From contig OY761158.1 of NCBI GenBank assembly GCA_963664405.1, positions 4,960,001 through 5,024,000 of the forward strand: 64,000 nucleotides of DNA. The letters run 5' to 3'. Below, piece by piece: positions 58,414 through 64,000 of the stretch. Both the position numbers and the translations under genes were made by a program. Below the pieces are notes generated by a model that saw only the letters and a program-made list of their open reading frames with translations, did no database searches and had not been told where the DNA came from. Position 1 is the stretch's first letter. Each line of letters starts with the position of its first letter. The DNA comes from Thermoanaerobaculia bacterium. Lineage in GTDB: Bacteria; Acidobacteriota; Thermoanaerobaculia; Multivoradales; Multivoraceae.

Positions 58414-59775
58414 ATGAACGGTTCTCTTCAGAAAGCGACCAAAGTTTGCATCTTGCTTGCCGCTATTGCCTCTGCGCCATTGGCGCCCGCTATCTTCGCC
58501 GCCGAGCAGCCGAACATCGTGTTCATCATTTCCGACGACCACGACAACGAGCACCTGGGTTTCATGGGCAACAAGATCGTGCACACGCCGAATCTCGACC
58601 GGCTGGCTCGGGCGGGGACGGTGTTCACCCGCGCGCACCTACCGATGTCGCGCTGCCATCCGACGCTGGCAAGCTTTCTCAGCGGCCGCTGGCCTCATCA
58701 AACGGGCGTTTACCACAACTTCGGAACGAAGAAGCTCGACCCGACAAACTCGTTGCCCAGGCTCTTGAAAGACGCCGGCTACGCGACCTACGTCGAGGGC
58801 AAGTACTGGGAAGGCGATCCGAGAGGAATGGGCTTCACACATGGCAAAGGCGAATCGGGGAACGAGTTTGTGCGCAATGGACAGGCCGATCTTTTTGCGT
58901 TTGTCGACGAGGTTGGCGGGCGAGAACCGATGTTCATCTGGTGGGCGCCCAAGATCCCACACCTGCCACACGACCCGCCGCAAGAATACCTGGCGTTGTT
59001 CGACAAGAAAGAGATCCCCATGCCTGCTTGGATCGGCGAAGACCGTCGGGAATCGTTCCTGCAGAAGGAACACCTGAGCCTGGCGATGGAGGCGTGGCTG
59101 GACGACGGAATTGGCAAGCTCGAAAAGAAGCTGCGCGAAAAGGGAGTCTACGAAAACACCCTGTTCGTGTTTGTCATCGACAACGGCTGGTGCAACGGCT
59201 TGGTGTCGAAAGGTTCGCCGTTTGAAAAAGGCGTCCGCACGCCGGTGTTCTTCAGCTGGCCCGGCAAGATCAAAGGCGGGCAGCGTTTCGATGCTCTGAC
59301 CAGCACTTTGGACATCTATCCGACAATTCTGGATTACGCCGGCGCGAAGACGCCCGCTTCCGCCGCGGGGAACAACTTGCGGCCGATCATCGATGGCAAG
59401 ACAACCAAGAATCGCGAGCGCCTGTTCGGCGCGATCTACTCGGCGTTCGTGACGGAGACCGACGAGCGACCCGAGCGAGATATCTACGCGCTTTACGTCC
59501 GCGACGAGCGGTGGAAGTACATGTTCTTCCTGCAGGATGTCGTTGAAGAGCGCAACAGAAACTACTTCCGCATCCAATGGATCGAGACGGACTACCCCGC
59601 GCGGCGAAAGGGCGCAGAAGACCTGTACGACCTCCAAGCCGATCCGACGGAACGAACCAACCTGGCCGCGAAACCCGAACACGCCCAGCGGATGGCCGAG
59701 ATGCGCGAGGCCGTGCTCGCATGGTGGAAGGAAACCGGCGGCAAACCGATCGACGCGTTGGCAGAGAAGGACTGA
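58414..59775 (+). CDS. sulfatase-like hydrolase with atypical CHPTL motif
   Basis: QPNIVFIISDDH, SRCHPTLASFLSGR, DNG, LYDLQADP. Confidence 0.88.
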   Translation: MNGSLQKATKVCILLAAIASAPLAPAIFAAEQPNIVFIISDDHDNEHLGFMGNKIVHTPNLDRLARAGTVFTRAHLPMSRCHPTLASFLSGRWPHQTGVYHNFGTKKLDPTNSLPRLLKDAGYATYVEGKYWEGDPRGMGFTHGKGESGNEFVRNGQADLFAFVDEVGGREPMFIWWAPKIPHLPHDPPQEYLALFDKKEIPMPAWIGEDRRESFLQKEHLSLAMEAWLDDGIGKLEKKLREKGVYENTLFVFVIDNGWCNGLVSKGSPFEKGVRTPVFFSWPGKIKGGQRFDALTSTLDIYPTILDYAGAKTPASAAGNNLRPIIDGKTTKNRERLFGAIYSAFVTETDERPERDIYALYVRDERWKYMFFLQDVVEERNRNYFRIQWIETDYPARRKGAEDLYDLQADPTERTNLAAKPEHAQRMAEMREAVLAWWKETGGKPIDALAEKD

Positions 59776-59802
59776 GGGAGATCCGCTTGATTCGGATCTC
59801 CA

Positions 59803-61227
59803 TCAACTCGCGGCGTAAAGGCGCTCGGCGACGGCGGTCAGCTCTTTCACGATGCCGGAGTTGCCGGAAGCGTCGATGACGTTGTGGTGCTCGCCCGGGT
59901 CGGCCTCCAGGTCGAACAACTCCGAGCGCTCCCAGCTCAAGTAGTTGAGCTTCCACTTGTCGGTGCGCACCATTAGGATGGGCGGCTTGCCGACATAGCG
60001 GTTGTCCACCGTGAAAGAGCTATGGCAAAAGTAGTACTCCGAGTATGCGTGCTCGCGCTGCGTGTACGCTCCGCCTTGGACTAAGGGTGCAAAACTGCGG
60101 CCGTCGATCCCGGCGGGGCTCCCCAGCCCGCACAGCTCAGTCAGAGTTGGGAGCAGATCGACGTGCTCGATGATTTGCTTGCGGGCGGTTCCGGCTTCGA
60201 TCCGCTCCGGCATGCGCACGATCAGCGGCACGTTCACGCTCTGCTCGTACATGTTGTGTTTGGTCCACATGCGATGCGCCCCGGCCATCTCGCCATGGTC
60301 CGAGGTGTAGACGACCACTGTATTCTTGTCGAGCCCTAACTCGCGCAACGTGTCGAACACCCGCCCAAGGTTCGCGTCCATCTGGGAGATGTTGCCGTAG
60401 TAGCCGCGGATGGCGTCGCGCAGATCGTCGTCGGTCTGCTGATACCAGCCGCGGTCCTTCGCGCGAATCAAGTGCCCGACGAAGCCGCCCTCCAGCTCTT
60501 CTTCCGACCGCTCGGGCAAACTCAGACTGACCCCGTCATACATATCCCAGTACCGCTTCGCCGGAACCAGAGGCGTATGCGGCATGTAGAACGACGTCCA
60601 CAGGCAGAAGGGGCGGTCCTTGTTCTCGCGCAGAAAGGCGACCGACTCCTCGGCGTAGAAGGTATCGGGGAAGTACCTCTCCGGGGCCTTCGAGGTGGCG
60701 CCGCTCAGCCCGGTCGCGTACTCGCCGTCGGTGTACGCCGCGTATTGATCCTGTTGAAACTCCCGCTGTTCGGCCTCGGTGAGCCGGTTGAAGTGATCGT
60801 CGCGGTGGAGCCGGTGATCGAAGCCGTGCCGGCGGGTCTCGTCGACGAAGTGCATCTTGCCGATCGCGCCGGTGACGTAGCCGTGATCCTTGAAGTAGTG
60901 GGCGACCGTGCGCGCCTCGTCAGGCAGCGGGTCTCGCAGAATCTTCGCCCCGTGCTTGTGGGGGTGGAGGCCCGTGATGATCGACCCGCGGGCCGGGACG
61001 CAGACGGGTGCATTGCAGTAGGCGCGCTCGAAGCGGACGCCTTCGGAGGCGATCTCGTCGATATGGGGCGTCTTGGCTTCGTGGCTTCCGTAGCAGCCGG
61101 ACGCGGCGGTCTGATGTTGATCCGAGCACAGGAAGAGCAGATTCGCTCGCCGTGTCTGCGCAAAGTTGAAAAAGGGCCCGACAGACGCGGCGGCGACGCT
61201 CTTGACTGCTTGACGGCGAGTGATCAT
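59803..61227 (-). CDS. choline-sulfatase-like sulfatase with Tat signal
   Basis: MITRRQAV, SDQH, CVPAR, GKMHF, TSDHG. Confidence 0.9.
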   Translation of the reverse strand: MITRRQAVKSVAAASVGPFFNFAQTRRANLLFLCSDQHQTAASGCYGSHEAKTPHIDEIASEGVRFERAYCNAPVCVPARGSIITGLHPHKHGAKILRDPLPDEARTVAHYFKDHGYVTGAIGKMHFVDETRRHGFDHRLHRDDHFNRLTEAEQREFQQDQYAAYTDGEYATGLSGATSKAPERYFPDTFYAEESVAFLRENKDRPFCLWTSFYMPHTPLVPAKRYWDMYDGVSLSLPERSEEELEGGFVGHLIRAKDRGWYQQTDDDLRDAIRGYYGNISQMDANLGRVFDTLRELGLDKNTVVVYTSDHGEMAGAHRMWTKHNMYEQSVNVPLIVRMPERIEAGTARKQIIEHVDLLPTLTELCGLGSPAGIDGRSFAPLVQGGAYTQREHAYSEYYFCHSSFTVDNRYVGKPPILMVRTDKWKLNYLSWERSELFDLEADPGEHHNVIDASGNSGIVKELTAVAERLYAAS

Positions 61228-61332
61228 TCTGAGCACATTGTAGTTCAGCCGAATCCGTCCGCGGCCGACACCGCACTGCTGGCTTGCTATGCTCTCCGTG
61301 GCGGAATGGCCGAGAATGGAGGCTACAAGCCC

Positions 61333-62820
61333 ATGAAAATCCACCGAATCACGATCGCCCTTGTTCTCGCCTTAGGAGTACTCGCCCAGCTCCCTCTCCG
61401 CGGAGCCGAATCATCGACACCGAACATCCTCTGGATCATCGTCGATGATATGTCGGCCAACTTCTCTTCCTATGGAGAAACGCTGATCGAGACGCCGCAT
61501 GTCGATCGGTTGGCGAGCGACGGGGTGCGGTTCGCCAACGCATACGTCACGGCCCCGGTCTGTTCGCCCAACCGCTCGGCGTTTATTACCGGGATGTACC
61601 AGACGTCCATCGGCGCTCACCACCACCGCAGCGGCCAAGGGCAGCTGAAAATCCGTTTACCTGACGGCATTCGGCCGATTCCGGAGATGTTTCAAGAGGC
61701 CGGCTACTACACGGCGATCACCGGGTGGCCCAACACAGATCGGACGACCCTAGGGAAGACGCACTACAACTTCGAATGGGACGAAGCCATGTACGACGGC
61801 CCCGACTGGAGTCAACGTCAACCCGGCCAGCCATTCTTCGCCCAAGTTCACCTCCCCGGCGGCAAACATCGCGGCGGGTCAATCGAGTCTTTCGAAAAGC
61901 TCAGCGCTCGCATCGAGAAGCTGTTGGGGAGCAGAACCGATCCTGCCAAGGTGAAGCTGCCGCCGTACTATCCCGACGATCCGGTGCTTCGAAAAGATTG
62001 GGCGGCGTATCTGGATTCGGTTCGTCTCACCGACAAGTTCGTGGGCGACGTCGTGCAACGGCTCAAAGACGAGGGCGACTACGAGAACACGGTTGTGCTC
62101 TTTATGACCGACCACGGCATCAGCCACGCCAGGGGAAAGCAGTTTCTCTACGACGAAGGTCTCCACGTGCCTCTCGTCATCGCCGGACCGACCATCGAGC
62201 CCGGGCAGGTTCGCGACGACCTGGTCGAGCACATCGATATCGCGGCTCTCTCGCTCGGACTCGCGGGAATCGAGATTCCCCAAACCATGGAGGCCCGCGA
62301 CATCCTCAGCAAGGACTACAAGAAGCGGACAGCTATCTTCGCGGCCCGTGACCGCTGCGATGAGACGGTCGACTACATCAGAGCGTTGCGTACAGCGCGC
62401 TACAAATACATCCGCAACTTCCTGCCCGACCGCCCTCACCTGCAACCCAACCTCTATAAGGATGGGAAAGGCATTCTCATAGCGCTGCGCAAGGCTCATG
62501 CGGCCGGGACGTTGAATGAGACCCAGGAGCTTCTGTTTGCCCACAGTCGCCCCAAAGAGGAGCTCTATGATCTGACGGAGGACCCGTTCGAAGTCCGCAA
62601 CCTGGCCGGCGATCCGAAACACGAAGCACAACTGAAGAAACTAAGAACGCGCCTCGACGAATGGATCCTGCGCACGAACGACCATGGCGCGGAATCAGCA
62701 GCCGTGTACGACAGCGAGATGGTCGCGTATTCCAAGCGCGTAGGCAACAATCCTGAAGCGGCAAGCATCCTGCGTGGCAACATCGCTCTGATGAAACGGT
62801 GGGCGGCCGAGGGCATGTAA
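61333..62820 (+). CDS. sulfatase (sulfamidase-like)
   Basis: PNILWIIVDD, CSPNR, TDHG, ARDRCDE. Confidence 0.92.
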   Translation: MKIHRITIALVLALGVLAQLPLRGAESSTPNILWIIVDDMSANFSSYGETLIETPHVDRLASDGVRFANAYVTAPVCSPNRSAFITGMYQTSIGAHHHRSGQGQLKIRLPDGIRPIPEMFQEAGYYTAITGWPNTDRTTLGKTHYNFEWDEAMYDGPDWSQRQPGQPFFAQVHLPGGKHRGGSIESFEKLSARIEKLLGSRTDPAKVKLPPYYPDDPVLRKDWAAYLDSVRLTDKFVGDVVQRLKDEGDYENTVVLFMTDHGISHARGKQFLYDEGLHVPLVIAGPTIEPGQVRDDLVEHIDIAALSLGLAGIEIPQTMEARDILSKDYKKRTAIFAARDRCDETVDYIRALRTARYKYIRNFLPDRPHLQPNLYKDGKGILIALRKAHAAGTLNETQELLFAHSRPKEELYDLTEDPFEVRNLAGDPKHEAQLKKLRTRLDEWILRTNDHGAESAAVYDSEMVAYSKRVGNNPEAASILRGNIALMKRWAAEGM

Positions 62821-62853
62821 GCTGTCCGCGAGCTGGGCTATAATAGAACCATC

Positions 62854-64000
62854 TTGTTCAAGGCGTACCGGGCAGCAATAGCTCCACTTTGGCTCGCCGC
62901 CAGCCTCCCGTTGCCGGCCACGGCTGCGACCGTCGATTTTCATCGCGACGTGCGACCGATCCTCTCCGACAACTGCTTCGCTTGCCACGGCAACGACGAA
63001 TCGAAGAACCGCAGCGGATTGAGGCTCGATACGCCGGACGGTCCGTCCGCCGACCTCGGCGGCCGTTTCGGCGTCGTCCCAGGCGAGGTGGAAAGGAGCG
63101 AAGTCTACAAACGCATCTCTTCCGACGACGTCCGACGTCGCATGCCACCGTCGTCGTCCGGCGCAAGCAAGCTCTCGCCCGACGAGATCGAGACCATTCG
63201 CCTGTGGATCGATCAAGGTGCAGAAGGGGGCGGTCATTGGGCTTTCGAGACCCCGACGAGACCCGAGCTGCCCGAGGTCGACGGGGAGGATTGGGCGCGT
63301 AATCCCATCGACTTCTTCATCCTCGACCGCCTATCTGTCGAGAGCCTCGAACCTTCGCCGACAGCACCCCGCGAAACACTCATCCGCCGAGTCAGCTTGG
63401 ATCTGACCGGTCTACCGCCGACGCCGGCGGAGGTCGACGCATTCCTCGCCGACGACTCCGCCGATGCTTACGAAAAGCTGGTCGACCGCCTACTCGAGTC
63501 TCCGCGCTACGGCGAGCGCATGGCGATTCGCTGGCTCGACGCGGCGCGCTACGCCGATACCAACGGCTATGAGACCGACGCCGAGCGCTATCAATGGCGC
63601 TGGCGCGACTGGGTCATCGACGCCTTCAACAACAACATGCCCTTCGACCAGTTCACTATCGAGCAGATCGCCGGCGACATGCTGCCCAACGCAACGCTCG
63701 AGCAGAAGATCGCCAGTGGTTTCAACCGCAATCACCGCCAAACCGGCGAGGGTGGCACCATCCCCGAAGAGTACGCCGTCGAGTACGTGGCCGATCGCGT
63801 AGATACGACCTCGACCGTCTGGCTCGGCCTGTCGATGAGCTGCGCCCGCTGCCATGACCACAAATACGACCCGATATCACAGAAGGACTTCTACCGCTTT
63901 TTCGCCTACTTCAACAACGTTCCCGAACGGGGCATGGCTTTCAAATACGGCAACTCGCCGCCGATGATCGTCGCGCCGACTCGCGCTCAACAGGCGATGC
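62854..64000 (+). CDS. planctomycete cytochrome c / DUF1549 (PSD1) protein, 3' partial
   Basis: DFHRDVRPILSDNCFACHG, HWAF, NPIDFF, YGERMAIRWLDAARYADTNG, CARCHDHKYDP; open to the window end. Confidence 0.9.
   Translation, partial: MFKAYRAAIAPLWLAASLPLPATAATVDFHRDVRPILSDNCFACHGNDESKNRSGLRLDTPDGPSADLGGRFGVVPGEVERSEVYKRISSDDVRRRMPPSSSGASKLSPDEIETIRLWIDQGAEGGGHWAFETPTRPELPEVDGEDWARNPIDFFILDRLSVESLEPSPTAPRETLIRRVSLDLTGLPPTPAEVDAFLADDSADAYEKLVDRLLESPRYGERMAIRWLDAARYADTNGYETDAERYQWRWRDWVIDAFNNNMPFDQFTIEQIAGDMLPNATLEQKIASGFNRNHRQTGEGGTIPEEYAVEYVADRVDTTSTVWLGLSMSCARCHDHKYDPISQKDFYRFFAYFNNVPERGMAFKYGNSPPMIVAPTRAQQAM

Noticed and set aside
1-64000. tRNA or rRNA genes
   Set aside because: None recognised by eye; the island att is in a protein-coding gene.

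Overview
High-GC bacterial DNA; the Ig-like/VWA-type proteins, kinase-PD40 and kinase-TPR fusions and many sulfatases suggest Acidobacteriota (inference). The flanks hold catabolic genes (LLM oxidoreductases, an acyl-CoA dehydrogenase pair, six of the window's seven sulfatases, cyclases), a MoxR-DUF58-VWA operon, cmk, an ISAzo13-type IS and two families of small CTAG-associated repeats. The main discovery is a ~20 kb island (24251-44518) bounded by a 30-bp duplication of a cyclase gene's 3' end. It encodes no integrase or resolvase. It is built as an array of gene modules: five Ser/Thr kinases, small membrane proteins, a DUF6503 lipoprotein and a sulfatase. The modules are separated by 12 27-bp sites TGTCG-N17-CGACA; 11 share a co-oriented C[AG]CC core, some are paired at 39 bp, and IHF-like boxes lie next to several. 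An IS110/IS1111-type element splits one site exactly. This looks like an integron-like cassette system with an unfamiliar recombination site. Function is inferred, not shown.
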